From the human T2T-CHM13v2.0 reference genome, Homo sapiens: a stretch of DNA of 64,000 nt. The notes beneath the pieces were generated by a model. It had not been told where the DNA came from, did no database searches, and saw only the letters and a program-made list of their open reading frames with translations. Within the stretch, counting starts at the first letter, position 1, and each line of letters starts with the position of its first letter. Below are positions 1 through 17,150 of this stretch, in pieces. A program made the position numbers and the translations under genes. Where the stretch lies: the NCBI RefSeq assembly GCF_009914755.1, contig NC_060939.1. One strand, given 5' to 3'.

Positions 1-43
1 TTAAGTGATGTTTCTCTATAATGTGCATCACTTCTTCTTCTTC

Positions 44-341
<298 letters not shown>

Positions 342-622
342 CAATTCCATCATTTCCTCTTAGAGGAAAAAAAGAAAGAGGAAAGCAACTTATCCAAAAA
401 GGATATTATTAATAAGGAGGTTCCTTGAATCTTATTGCTTATGTACTTCAAAAGCAACACCTTCTAGTTCTCATTCCCAACTGCCAATCCTAGCATTCTC
501 AGGCTCCGTGAACATAGGTAGTCTATATAGCGGGCATTTTGAAGTAACTCATGCAGTACTAAAACAATATAAACAAATCCAATGTAAACTGTGTCAGCAG
601 CTAATTTCAATTATAATATCTT

Positions 623-1421
623 TGAGACAGGAAGGGGACAGGGAAGTGCTGGGTAGAGAAAGGTAGAGTCCCTGGCGAGGGCTCCACCCTTGGGCCTGTG
701 CCCATGGACCTAAGTGAGAACAGGCACTCCTATTTTCATGCCCAAATGTTGCATTTTCCAAGCCCAGTCTGGCCTGCCATGCCCCCATCCTGTGCCCATA
801 TAAACCCGAGACCTTAAGCGTACAAGACACAAGTGGCTGGACGTTGAGAGGAGCAGAGGAACACACCAGCAGACACTGGCAAACCAGTGACTACGGAACG
901 ATGCAGATGCGAAGGTGAGTTCAGCCAGAGGCAGTCAGAGGACAGTTCAGCCACTGGGCAGCCTGACTCCAGGGGAAGACCACCTTCCCACTCCATCCCC
1001 GTTCCAGCTCCCCATCCATCTCACTGAGAGCTACCTCTACCACTCAATAAAACCTTGCACTCATCCTCCAAGCCAACATGTGATTCGATTCTTCTGGTAT
1101 ACCAGGGCAAGAACCCAGGATACAGAAAGCCCTCTGCCCTTGTCATAAGGCAGAGGGTCTCATTGAGCTGATTAACACAAGCCGCCAGCAGACGGCAAAG
1201 CTGAAAGAGCACACTGGAACACTCCCACTTGGGATTTGGGAGTTGTAAACACTCACCCTTAGACACTGCCATGGGATCAGAGCCCAAAAGCACTCCCCAT
1301 GGCCTCTGCACCTGCTCATCTGCCTGCCCCCTCTAGGGGTTTGAGCAGGGAAGCACTGAAGAAGTGAGCCGTACCCTTGTCACACGTCCTTCAAGGGCGA
1401 TAAGGGAAATCTCCCATTCCA
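623..1421 (+). mobile_element. Solo ERV1 LTR (LTR1/LTR27/MER52-like group)
   Basis: TG...CA ends, starts TGAGACAGGAAGGGGACAGGGAAGTGCTGGGTAGAG, TATA-like CATATAAA near 800, AATAAA at 1046-1051. Subfamily from memory. Confidence 0.75.
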
Positions 1422-1500
1422 CTTTGTTTCCTGAAAACCATAATCCTGAGTCACCTGACCTAACAGTGAGAGTTGATCTCATCCCAAACATACTCTAAAT

Positions 1501-3197
<1,697 letters not shown>

Positions 3198-3607
3198 TTC
3201 TAATTCAATCTGACTAGAATTAATTTACCAGCATAAAAAATGTCATCTTTGAAAATCCAAATGTTATTGGGTGGGACTATCCCTATAAATTAGAGCATAT
3301 ATTATATTGTACAATTTTAGTCATCAAAAAATCAATAAATTGCATCAAAAAATGCAGAAATACTCCCTACTTGATTAATGCACAATGACCACAATTTTAT
3401 TAAATGACATATTTTGTTATATTTCTAATATATTTAAGGGCTCTTAATATTGTTATAAATAAAAAGTGATTGCTTGCTCACAAATAGTCTATGTCTTTTT
3501 TTTGGTTTATTATTTATATTTAGTTGATAAAAACACAGGTAATACTAACACCTTAAATATAACATTTGTAATAATCATTAACATTTGTAATTATCATTAG
3601 CCAATCA

Positions 3608-3808
<201 letters not shown>

Positions 3809-5493
3809 CTAAAAATAATTTCAAAAAAAAAACAGTTTCCGAAAATACTGTCTTTTTTTAAACTTTACATTTCTAGAATATTTTGACACTAATGGAAGCA
3901 GATGGAGAATGTACATAAATGCATACACTAGCATTAAAGTATTCTAGAAATATAACACTCTAATTAAATGTAATTTAACTACACAATTCCATGTAATAAC
4001 ATTTGCACCATTCTCCAGCAATCCCTAGCAATAATGGAGAAGAGTCTACATCAGTCCTGAAGGGAACTGCTATCTGCCGGGCTCTGGGATAAGGCAGACG
4101 GGCCTGCTCCTTGAGCTCACACTGGGATGGGCAGTCAAAGGTCTAATACGACAGCCACTTGCCACATGTGGCTACAGAATGGTTGAAAAGTGGATAGTCT
4201 GAGTTGAGATGTGCTTTCTAGGGAGAGTCTCCTAATCAGAACCCTGTGCTTTGGTCATTTATTTATTTCTATGTTATTCACAGTTTTTCTATTTCATTTT
4301 AGTTTCCCTTTATATTTTAGCAAAGTTCATTTTGAAAACACCAATTGACACAGCTGTGTTTTCCTAAGAGAGAACAGAAAAGGACCTCCATGGCCGGGTG
4401 AGGGAAAAGCAGGGATCATAGGCCCTGGGGTTTGTAAACTGTGATGAAAATCACTTCAGAAGTTAACACAGCCCAAGGGAGACAGGAAAGACCTTAAAGA
4501 GAGAGAGTCAGCCCTTTCTCAAAGAAGCACCTTTCCCCTCCCAACAGAGAGACTGTCTCCTCCAGCCCATCTGCTCTCAGCCCTCTGTAGGTTTTGTGTT
4601 TTCTCTGCACCACATGTTCAACTCTCCACCACAATCTGCAGTCCCCTCGTGAATCCCCAGGGTGGAAGATGGACAGTGCTGAGAATGAAACTGCCAGGAA
4701 TGCAGGCCTGCGTGAGTATGTCCCTGCCTGAGCCAGGACATAAACCCAGCGGAACTGAGCTGACTCAGTGGTAATAATCATAGCCATCATTTATTGAAGA
4801 ATTACTATCAGTCATGGCCTGCCTCATTCGCTTCCCACAATGACCCTATGGTGTAAGTTTCTCTACCATGAATTAACAGAGAAGAAAACAGACCTAGCAG
4901 AAAACGAAACTAGTGAAGGCCCAATTTATAAATAAGCAAAATAGTGTCTACTTTATGTAATCCAGGAGGTGGTTAAACAGGGTTCCCTGTTCAAAAACAT
5001 ATTTCTGCCAAATGCCAGAAAAAGTCTGTAATTCCACAATATCCAGTTAATCCTTAAGGCCTTCCGTCCTGTGAAAATGCTAACATTTCTGGGAGAAGTC
5101 ACACAAGTTCTGCCTGTCATTTATATTGGTATAAAGCAACTTAGCAGACCTTCCTCTGCGGCTGGGTTTCACATGGGGGAATAAAGAATATACAAAACAT
5201 AACTAGATGGATAGCACACTTCAGCGTACCCCAAGACCTTTCACATCCATCATCTCATATGATCCTAACTCAGAAAGAGCAGAAGGTAATGAGGTACAAA
5301 GGTGAAGCTGGAGAACTAGGCAAATTTCACAAATTTTCCCATAGTTTCCCACCCCACTAGCTACCAACTGTCTTCCCCAACCCATTGCCCACTGGCCTCT
5401 CTATTCCTAACCCCCTGCTCTTCTGCTCTGTGGCCTATATGCATGATTTTTCTCTCTTCCTCATTCTTAACATCACATCCCATCTCTGTATAA

Positions 5494-6137
<644 letters not shown>

Positions 6138-6889
6138 TAATCACAGGAAACGCAAATACCTCATGAAACCCCTTACTAGTATTTAGATTCCTACTTGAAA
6201 CCCATGGGATTTTTACACAAAATACAACTACTGGCTCTTTAAAAAAAAAATTAATAAGCAACAACAAGCCAAAATTTTTAGAATGAGAAATATATTATCA
6301 CTAAATACATGTCACTAAAACACTAATATTTTAAGCTCATTTTCTGCTGTGAAAAAAATCTTTGGTAAGAATTTAATAAAAGACAAATCTGAGCAATAAA
6401 ACTAACTAGCACACCAAGATTTATTAGTCAAACAATATGTAAGGTTTTCTAGATGCTGAATGATTTGCAATCAGCAGTCAGCATACAATATATTTGTAGC
6501 TTTCTTCCCCAATCTAAGGTGAACCTTACTGACTTTCTATGAACTTGATTAACACAAATCACAACTTTGAAAACTTTGCTTTCAATATAAGTGCCAAAGT
6601 CCAGATTGGCTAATAAATATTCTAGAGTTTAACCTGTAGCTTAGTAGGTTCAAATAAAATCTGAGTTTACGTGATCACTGATATTCTCCTTTTAATAAGT
6701 CTTGAATGAAGTAATATTAATCTGTGTATTAAAATATGTGTAAGTTATCAATATCATGAAGTTGCTGCTTAAAAAAATTGTCACCCAGAAATAAATAAGC
6801 AGGAATACTAATTCTATGCTACTCTAAAATTTGCAGCCTGGACAACATAGTGAGACCCCTGTCTCTACTTAAAATTTTTTAAAAAGGAA

Positions 6890-7810
6890 ATCAGCCACAT
6901 GTATTAACATGGATGAATCTCAAATGTATTAAGTATGCTAGGAGATAAAAGCCAGCGTGAAAAGCTACATACTGTATGATTCCATTTATACAAACTTCTG
7001 GAAAAGGAAAAAGAAGAGAGACAGGGAATAGATCAGTAATTGTAAGGGATTAAGGGTGACATGGGATTATCTGCAAAGGAATAGAATGAAAAAATGTTTT
7101 CAGGGATGATGGAACAAACTGCTCCATATCTTGATTGTAATGGTAGTTATATCACTCAATCTATCTTCCAAAACTCATAGAACTATACACCAAAAAAGTG
7201 AATTTTATTGTATGTGACTTTTTTTAACTAAAAATTAAAAGTTAATAGATCAACTGAGATACAATATTAATACATGACAAGATTTAATATCACAAAGTTA
7301 GAAATTCTCCCCAAATTAATCTGTAAAGTCAAAGCAATTTCAATCAAAACCCCAACCGGATTTTTCAGAACTTAAAAAACTGATCTAAAGCACATATAGG
7401 CCAGACGCAGTGGCTCATGCCTGTAATCCCAGCACTTTGGGAGGCCAAGGCATGTGGATCGCCTGAGGTCAGGAGTTCAAGACTAGCCTGGCCAATATGG
7501 TGAAACCCCATATCTACTAAAAATAGAAAAATTAGGTGTGCCTATTGGTGTGTGCCTGTAGCCCCGGCTATTCGGGAGGCTGACAGGAGAATCACTTGAA
7601 CCCAGGAGGCAGAGGTTGTAGTGAGCCAAGATCACACCATTGCATTCCAGCCTGGGCAAAAGAGCAAGACTCAAAAAAAAAAAAAAATACATACAGAGGA
7701 GCAAAAAGCCAAGGATAGTTAAGACAGTCCTGAAAACAAACAATATGGAAGAGCCACTATCAGATATCAGTAATTATTACAAAGCTGTAAGAGTTAACAC
7801 ACCATATAGT
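6890..7810 (+). mobile_element. L1M fragments with an inserted Alu (7399-7687, +)
   Basis: L1M 3' UTR motifs (tactgtatgattccatttat; aaaactcatagaacta) and ORF2-like A-rich sequence. Alu with a degenerate TSD. Confidence 0.7.
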
Positions 7811-8745
7811 AATGATGCAGGACTAGATGAAACAAAACTATATTTTGTACAAAGTCACTTATAGCTAGGGTTCTGGACGTACGTTAGGATAATCCAATTA
7901 GATGAACCTGCACAAGATTTAGAAAGCAGATGTGAGGTAGAAGCATCGTCCTAAGTTCCTGATAGGAAGCTGGCAGAAAAATATCAAAGGCAGCCATCTC
8001 TGCATGTCTAGTCACCAGCTTTGTGGTTCTGAGGGACTTGTGGCAGTGGCGGAAGCAGCAGCAGCAACTTTCTGATCTCTGGATTACAGCTCTGGTGGCG
8101 TGACCTGAGAACCCATAATCCAGGTATAGCCCCTCCCTGAACTCCCTTTCTTGCTGGTCACCTGTTGATTTTGAGGTCTTCTGTTGATTTTGAGGAACTA
8201 AACTCTTTTTTGCAGTGGGGGAGGTGGAGGGGGAACACAGTTTCACTCTGTCACCCAAGCTGCAGTGCAGTGGCACAATCACAACTCATTGCAGCCTTGA
8301 ACTCCTGAAATCAAGCTATCCTCTTGCCTCAGCCTCCCAAGTAGCTGGGACTACAGGCATGTGCCACCATGTCCTGCTAATTTTTTTAATTTTTTGTAGA
8401 CTCAGGGTCTCACAATGTTGCCCAGGCTTTAACTCTTGTATTCAATCCCCTTCTGCTTGAAATACATAGAATGCTATTCCTGAACCACATCATGACAGAC
8501 AGAATTCTAAGAGTTCCATAATGCAGAATCTAGTCTACAAACAAAAAAAAAATGAGTATGAATTCATTAACTTGCCAAAATTTTTCATTATAATGTTCAA
8601 TTATTCATTTCCTAAAACCTTAAAAGAAATAAATGAGAAAACTAATGCTTTAAGTAAAAAAATCAAGTCTAGAAGTCTAGATATTTTAAGGAAAAAAAAG
8701 GGACTGCTGAAGAAAAAAAAAATAAGGTCACAGCCAGATAATATC

Positions 8746-9101
8746 TGATATGTTTTGACTCTGTGTCCCCACCCAAATCTCATGTCGAATTGTAATTCCC
8801 AGTGTCGGAGGAGGGGCCTGGTGGTAGGTGACTGAATCATTGCTGTTCTTCTGACAGTGTTCTCATGAAATTTGGTTGTTTGAAAGTGTGTAGCACCTCC
8901 TCCTTCACTCTCTCTCTCTCCTGCTCCAACCATGTAGGATGTGCCAGCTTCCCCTTCACCTTCCGCCATGATTCTAAGTTTCCTGATGCCTCCCCAGCCA
9001 TGCTTCCTGTACAGCCTGTGGAACCATGCAAACCTCTTTTCTTTATAAATTACCCAGTCTCAGGTAGTTCTTTTATAGCAATGTGAGAAAGGACTAATAC
9101 A
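8746..9101 (+). mobile_element. MaLR LTR (MSTA-like)
   Basis: TGATATG..TTGACTCTGTGTCCCCACCCAAATCTCATG...GGACTAATACA, with near-TSD ATATC/ATATA. Confidence 0.85.
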
Positions 9102-9299
9102 ATATACCTACCCAATATACATCACATGGCCTTTACCAAACGGTTTTTTTAAAATACTGAATCTTTTTGAGTAAGTGTTTTTAGTAAAAGTCAGTGGTGG
9201 TATATTAGATGTTGGAATACAAAACTTCCTTATAAAGAAAAAAAGAGTCGATACACAAGTTTTAACAAAGTACAGTGCAGAGAAATAAACCACACTCCA

Positions 9300-9421
9300 A
9301 AAAAAGAAAGGAAAAAAAGGAAGGTGGGAGGGAGGGAGGGGAGGAGCAGAGGGAGGGGAGGAGCAGAGGGAGGGGAGGGGCGGAGGGAGGAGAGAGAGGG
9401 AGGGAGGGAGGGAGGGAAGGA
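9300..9421. repeat. Polypurine (GGGA)n low-complexity tract
   Basis: Almost pure A/G, with a duplicated GAGGAGCAGAGGGAGGG unit. Confidence 0.9.
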
Positions 9422-9584
9422 ATGGAGTAGAGTTTTTTCATATTAATCTAGATTAAAATCCAAGAAATCTGCAAGTGCTCCCCAAACACACCGTCTAAGG
9501 AGAAAATTTAAAATGGGATGTTAACAACAACCTTAGTTTCATCAACTGCTGAGAGGTTGGGGAAAGGAGTTTAAATCTTTTCTA

Positions 9585-9773
<189 letters not shown>

Positions 9774-10132
9774 TTAAATCTTTCATTAGTTAGTATTAAT
9801 ATCCAATTACTCAGAGGCTTTGTTTTAAAGATTATGTTGCTACTGAAGTCACACTTAAGGGTTCCCCAGCTTCACCAAAAGACATCTTGTGTACATGGAT
9901 TGTTCAATCTTATGCCACAGTATGCATAAAATATACTGCCCAGGATGTTAGATACTGAATATGGCTAGAAGAGAACACAGAAGTGAATGCCATCTTGGTT
10001 GCTTCCTGGGCCTCCAGGAAAAAACATTTACATGTCCCTGGTCTTCCCCGAGGGAACACTCAGGGGCACCCGTCTCTCAAGCAAGATCCACTTCATCTTA
10101 ATGATTTGCTAAGGCCCTCCTGCTACTTTCTC

Positions 10133-10397
10133 TTTTTTTTTGAAAATGAGTCTCACTCTGTCACCCAGGCTGGAGTGCAGTGTCGCGATCTTGGCTCCCT
10201 GCAACCTCTGCCTCCCAGGTTCAAGCAATTCTCCCTGCCTCAGCCTCCCAAGTAGCTGGGATTACAGGAGCCCGCCACCACGCCCAGCTAATTATAGTAT
10301 TTTTTTTTTTTAGTAGAGACGGGGTTTCGCCATGTTGGCCAGGTTGGTGTCAAACTCCTGACCTCAGGTGATCCGCCCACCTCGGTCTCCCAAAGTC
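10133..10397 (-). mobile_element. AluS-like, slightly 5'-truncated
   Basis: Reverse Alu with TSD CCTGCTACTTTCT on both sides. Confidence 0.9.
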
Positions 10398-13327
10398 CCC
10401 CTGCTACTTTCTTTCGGTTTTGCCTTCTTTTTTCTAGCCTTGTCCACTCTAGTTCAGCCTTCTTCCCTCTCAGCTCTGATTTCTCCTCTCCCCCGTGGGG
10501 CTGCATTTTCATGGAGTACCTATCTCCAGGCACTGCTCTCATTTTATCAACCCTCCCCTTCTAAAACCCATAATTCTATTTCTGCCCTCTGAAGCAAGAG
10601 AACAAAACCTACTTCCTTTATTAAAGGACAGATTTTCATTATCTGGCTACACATTACCAATCTATTTAACTATTCTTCATGTGATATATCCACAGGCTTC
10701 TCACCACCCTGGCTGCTCTATAACTAGTGCTATTTCCGGAAGCAAGAAATACTAGGCAGGGTGGCATAAGCTACAGAGACACAGTGAGCGATGCAGGCAC
10801 ATTGATCCTTCCAAACTGTGTGGCTGACTAAGACCATTCCAGATCTGTCCTGTGACACTGGGGCAACACGCATGCTGAGTCAAATGGAAGAAAGAGGGTA
10901 ATTCCAGCTTTTGCCCTCTCATACTCGGATTTACATGTGAATGGGTGTCTTCCAACAAATCCTTTCCTAAATTCCTATCAATTATACATTCAACCATAAC
11001 AGAATGAAAAAGGCAATTGCCTCTACCCAACAATGTCCTTTTCTTACCCTACAAAATGACTCATCTTTCTTTTGCTTTTTTGAACAGCAGAGGCAGGGTC
11101 CAGAGAAGCTGTGGACACAGGAGAAAGCACAAATATAAACAACCTGAGGCTTCACCTAGGTACACAGAGCGATGTTACGGCTTGGCTTCCAACCATTCAA
11201 GGTGCCAAAGCTTATGTTTAAGAGATCAGGAGGTCAGCTCTTCCCATCTCAGCAGATGAAAAAAGCATTGATCTCAACATTATTCAAACTCTGCAAAAGA
11301 GTTTGGGCTCACTCAGGAAAGCACTGACATTATTATTGTGGGATGATGGATCACCCTGGCCCCTCACATCAAAACCAAAAAGCATAAGTCACCAAAAGGC
11401 CAAATGTCTTGTAAACGCCCTAAGCAGCCTGTCAAGGGAGACTTATTACAGCTTGCAGAGGGAGCAATGAGATGGAAGCATGCGCAGAACCGCATAATAC
11501 ATGTCAATAAAGGCACAGGCACAGGCAACCAACAATGACCTGGATCAGCTAAAGAGCTCCACAAATCTTTCATTTTGCTCTAGAAATAGGTCTGTTCTAT
11601 TAGGTTCACTCCTGAAAATAATAAATTAAATAAAATGCAGTTCCTGAGGTAGGTGGGGACTCAATAACAGACTATCTTATGAATTTGGCCATCTAGAAAA
11701 AGGTATTGGTAAAGGGTATTAAAATTGGATCTTATAGATGTATTTAAGCATTTGAGAAGAAATTGCAACTGCCACAAAGAAATTCCACAAGAAAAATAAA
11801 GCATTGTACAAGAAAAAAGCAATCAATATGTAAATAGTTATAATTACGTAAGCATTGAATGTTGATTTAACCAAATATTATGCCTTAATTATATTGAGTG
11901 TTCGTGAGGAGTGCACAAAAGGAAGCGAGTAGTATCAGAAATGTAATCTGTTACCACAGGAAATCAAAGAGACTGTCCAGAAATTGATAAAGCCAAACAA
12001 CAGTTAAACATAATACTTTAATAAAAGTAAAAACTAATTTTATAAGTAATAAAAAATATGAAATCTCTAACAGACTGGAAGGAACATAAAGATAAATTTA
12101 TAAACATAAATGTAAAGATAAATTTCATAATTATGGAATTAATGACTTAGTAAGCGTGATACTAAGAATATAAATCAAAAAGGAAAAGACTAACAGATGT
12201 GGCTACGTAATAGTTAATGCTCTTGAATCTCAAACATGAAAAAGAACTCTAAGTGAAATTAAAAGGAACCTGAGAAACTGGGGAAATAAATGCAACAAAG
12301 ATGATATACAAAAGGTTAATATATTCACATATTTATAGAGCTCTTACCAATCAGTAAGAAAAGAAAATTCTAATAGAAAACTGGGTAAAGATTTTAAACA
12401 GAAATGCACATATCAAAAAAAATAGAGAAAGACATACAAGTTGCCAATAATCCTGCTTTAAAAAGTCCAACTTCTCTTATTAAAGGAATATACACAAAGG
12501 GACCTGAAAGATGATGACACATCAAGGAAGTAAGAGTAGTGGGTTCTGGATTGGTGGGTTTCTGGATGTTCTTGTCCCCTTGCTTATCTGTATTTTCTGT
12601 TTTTCTATTAACTATATCTTGTATTTATAACTAAAGAATTCATTTATTATAGAAAGATCTCTAGAATGTACTAAAAGGTATTTGAAAAGAAATAAAAATC
12701 ACCCAACATCCCACCACCCTGAGCTATACGCTATTGGTACATCTTTCCCATTTTTGCTCTGTCTTTTTCAACAAAATTGGACTAATGTGTTTTTCACCAG
12801 TACATAATGAGCATTTTCTTATGACATTAAAACACTTCAAAATAGAATCATATTTACTTCATGATACTTGATTAAATAGATTAGATATATGACCAGATTC
12901 TAAACTGTAACAAGTGCCAACTTATATAACATTCATTTCAAACAAGATTAAAGTTTTTCATAGAGGCTTCTGAGAAATGCAATCAACATAGATGATTTAA
13001 AGCCAAAATGGGGACATATGGCTGCTATAATTTGGTATTTTGAGGTGAATAAAAGAATCAAAAGAAAATGAATCCTCCTCTGTTTAGTCATTATGAGTAG
13101 CAAGACTTTAAAAAGTGGGACTGATTTAGTTTCATTATTTTTATGTCTAAAAATTATTTATGTATGGTCAGTTTTTTTACTTTATATATTTGTGTATCTG
13201 TAAGGAATACTTGCCCATGCAGAAAAAACATCAAATAATACAGGTGAATATCAAAATGTTTTAAGTCAAAATTCGGCTTATCCCAAGAATTAGTGTTAAT
13301 AGAGACTTGCAGGTCTCATTTTTTTAG

Positions 13328-13733
<406 letters not shown>

Positions 13734-13879
13734 ATTTATTTTATCTATTTTTCTATATCACCATTTATAGATATACGTCATGCTTTCAAACAACAGCATA
13801 ATATCCCATAGATGCAGCACTTTTTTCATCAGTTCACTTAGGTGGTATATAGAATATTTGCTATTAAAAGCAATTCTAA

Positions 13880-15185
<1,306 letters not shown>

Positions 15186-15825
15186 ATATATTTGTGCCAA
15201 TCTTTCTTTAGTTATGCTCATACATCCATAAAATATATTAGAATTGCTGAGTCAAAGAACACTTATGTTTCAAATTTTGGTAGTTCGCCAAATTGTACTC
15301 CAAAAAGGCTGCACCAAATTACACTACTTCCCCTACACTGGGCTGGGGCCCATCTGGTTATGTCAAAGCTGTTTCATCTTCTCCAGTCTCATAGGTGTAA
15401 AAGGTATCTGTGAATTTGGTTTACATTTCTTCACGAGAAAAGTTGAGTCTCTAATCAATTGTTTGCTGTTTGCATCTTTTTATTTTTCCTGTGAAATGCC
15501 TATTTGCATCCTTTGCCGTTTACGGTCTAGTTTAAATGGCTGGTGATCAGTTCTAGATCTTGGTGGGAAGATCCAAATCTCGGGAAAGTAGAAGCCTTGG
15601 TTACAGGTCCTAATGTTAGGTGATTCCTGGAGAAATAGCCTCCGCGGAGGCAGAAGCCGCTGGGGCCCCGCCCCCAATGAGCCCGCCCCCGCCCTCTCAT
15701 TGGCCCTGTCCGCTCTCCCTGACAGTCCATCTACATGCCAAGCGGCCCGACGCAGCTCCGCCCCGCCCACTCCTCGGCGCACCGCCCCGCGACCGAGCTC
15801 CGCCCTCATCTGCGCGGCCCCTCAC

Positions 15826-16040
15826 CTTCCCGCCGGGCCTCCTCGAGGAACTGGCCGCCGTCAGTCAGGGCGCAGATGGCCGCAGAAGCGCGCCGCAGAC
15901 ACTCGCCGCGCCAGCCACTTACCCCCAGAGGAGAGGGGTCTCTCCCGCCACCTCAGCCTCTCTGGTAGTGGAAGAAGCCGCCGGTCCAGATCCCTCCTGC
16001 CTGTGGGACCGCTGTTTCCCTGGCAACCAGATGCGCGATG
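15826..16040 (-). other. FSIP1: FSIP1 non-coding exon 1 (TSS approximate)
   Basis: Lies within the CpG island. Donor GGAAG|GTGAGG at 15826/15825, second donor GGG|GTAAGT at 15923/15922. No ATG in this interval on the minus strand. Confidence 0.75.
16014..16027. promoter_or_regulatory. RFX X-box
   Basis: GTTTCCCTGGCAAC, a 14-bp near-palindromic X-box at the TSS region. Confidence 0.7.
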
Positions 16041-16759
16041 CTTCCGGTCTCGCGATAGCGGAAAGGGCTGTACCATCCGGAAATGGGACCGGGGCCGGCG
16101 GCTGTTGGAGCCCTGCGAGCTGGGACGGCCGGCGTGTGTCCTTCCGTCTTCGCTGCCGACGGTGGGGGTTGGGAGCGATTTTTCGTCTTTAGGTTGGATT
16201 CGGAACGCGGACGTCTGGATGCTTGTGTATCTCTGTCCCTCATATTGCTGTGATGCCTTACAGGTCAGTTATCCTCTCCGAGCACAGTTTCCTCCTCCGT
16301 AAAATGGGAACAATAATAATTCCCTTCTTACAAGACTTGTGCAGCTCAAAAAGACCATGTATGTGAAGCTCTAGTAAATTTGGGGTGCTATGGAAATTTT
16401 AAAAATATGAGTTTTGCACAGATTCGGCTACAGTCCAAAAAGAGTTATAATTGCTTTTTGCACCTTCTTTCATTTCGTAGTTTCTCTAATTCTCAGTGCA
16501 CGAAAATTATTTCCCTACGTCCACAAACTGATTTTCCTCACCTCCATTGCCATCATTTCTCCTGCTTTCCAGTCTGAACAGCACATTACCGTTTACAGGG
16601 CATTTTCACATTCATGGCCCCTTTGTCCTCATTGTTTTAACTAGGTACGATGTGGTTTTTTTTCAGCGAAGCAAATAGTCGTAGGCTGAGTTGCCGAAAG
16701 AACACAGCTGCAGTCTAGGCGAGTGCTGGGTATAAAAACCTGGCTATAAATGCCATCCC

Positions 16760-17150
16760 TATGCTCCTGAATCCTGCATCTTATCACCAGCCCAGACTTC
16801 CCTGAACTCCAGACTCCTTTACCTAACTGCCTATTTGGCATATCCACTTAGATGTGTAAGCATCTCAAACTTAACACGGGAAAAAACAACTTCTCCAGAG
16901 TCCCCCACCCACTTTCTATCCATCTCAGCAAATGGTAATTTCAGCCTGCCATGCCTAGACCAAAAACCTTGGAGTCATCCTCAATTCTTCTTCCTCTCTC
17001 ACTCTACAATCTATTTGTCCTATCAGCTCAACATTCAAAATATATTCAGAATCCAAACATTCGTCACAACTTCAGTGCTTCCATTCAGGTTCATACTGAC
17101 ATCATCTCTAAATGATAAGGCTTTCTGTTGGCTCTCTGACCTCCACTCCT
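16760..17150. mobile_element. L2 fragment
   Basis: L2 motifs: cctgaactccagactc...catctcaaacttaac...aaaaccttggagtcatcct. Confidence 0.65.

Larger units (their letters stand above)
15640..16215. promoter_or_regulatory. CpG island / FSIP1 promoter
   Basis: The only dense CpG/GC-rich non-Alu stretch in the window. Contains GC boxes, CCAAT boxes, and RFX, ETS and TCTCGCGA-type motifs. Confidence 0.92.

Noticed and set aside
15861-16076. 71-aa minus-strand ORF as an N-terminal extension of FSIP1
   Set aside because: It stops at TGA 15861-15863 before the 15826 donor, is out of frame via the 15923 donor, and its ATG probably lies upstream of the TSS.
15613-16302. 229-aa and 190-aa plus-strand ORFs over the CpG island
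   Set aside because: Pro/Arg/Ala-rich, low complexity and no recognisable domain. Long ORFs are expected in GC-rich DNA depleted of stop codons.
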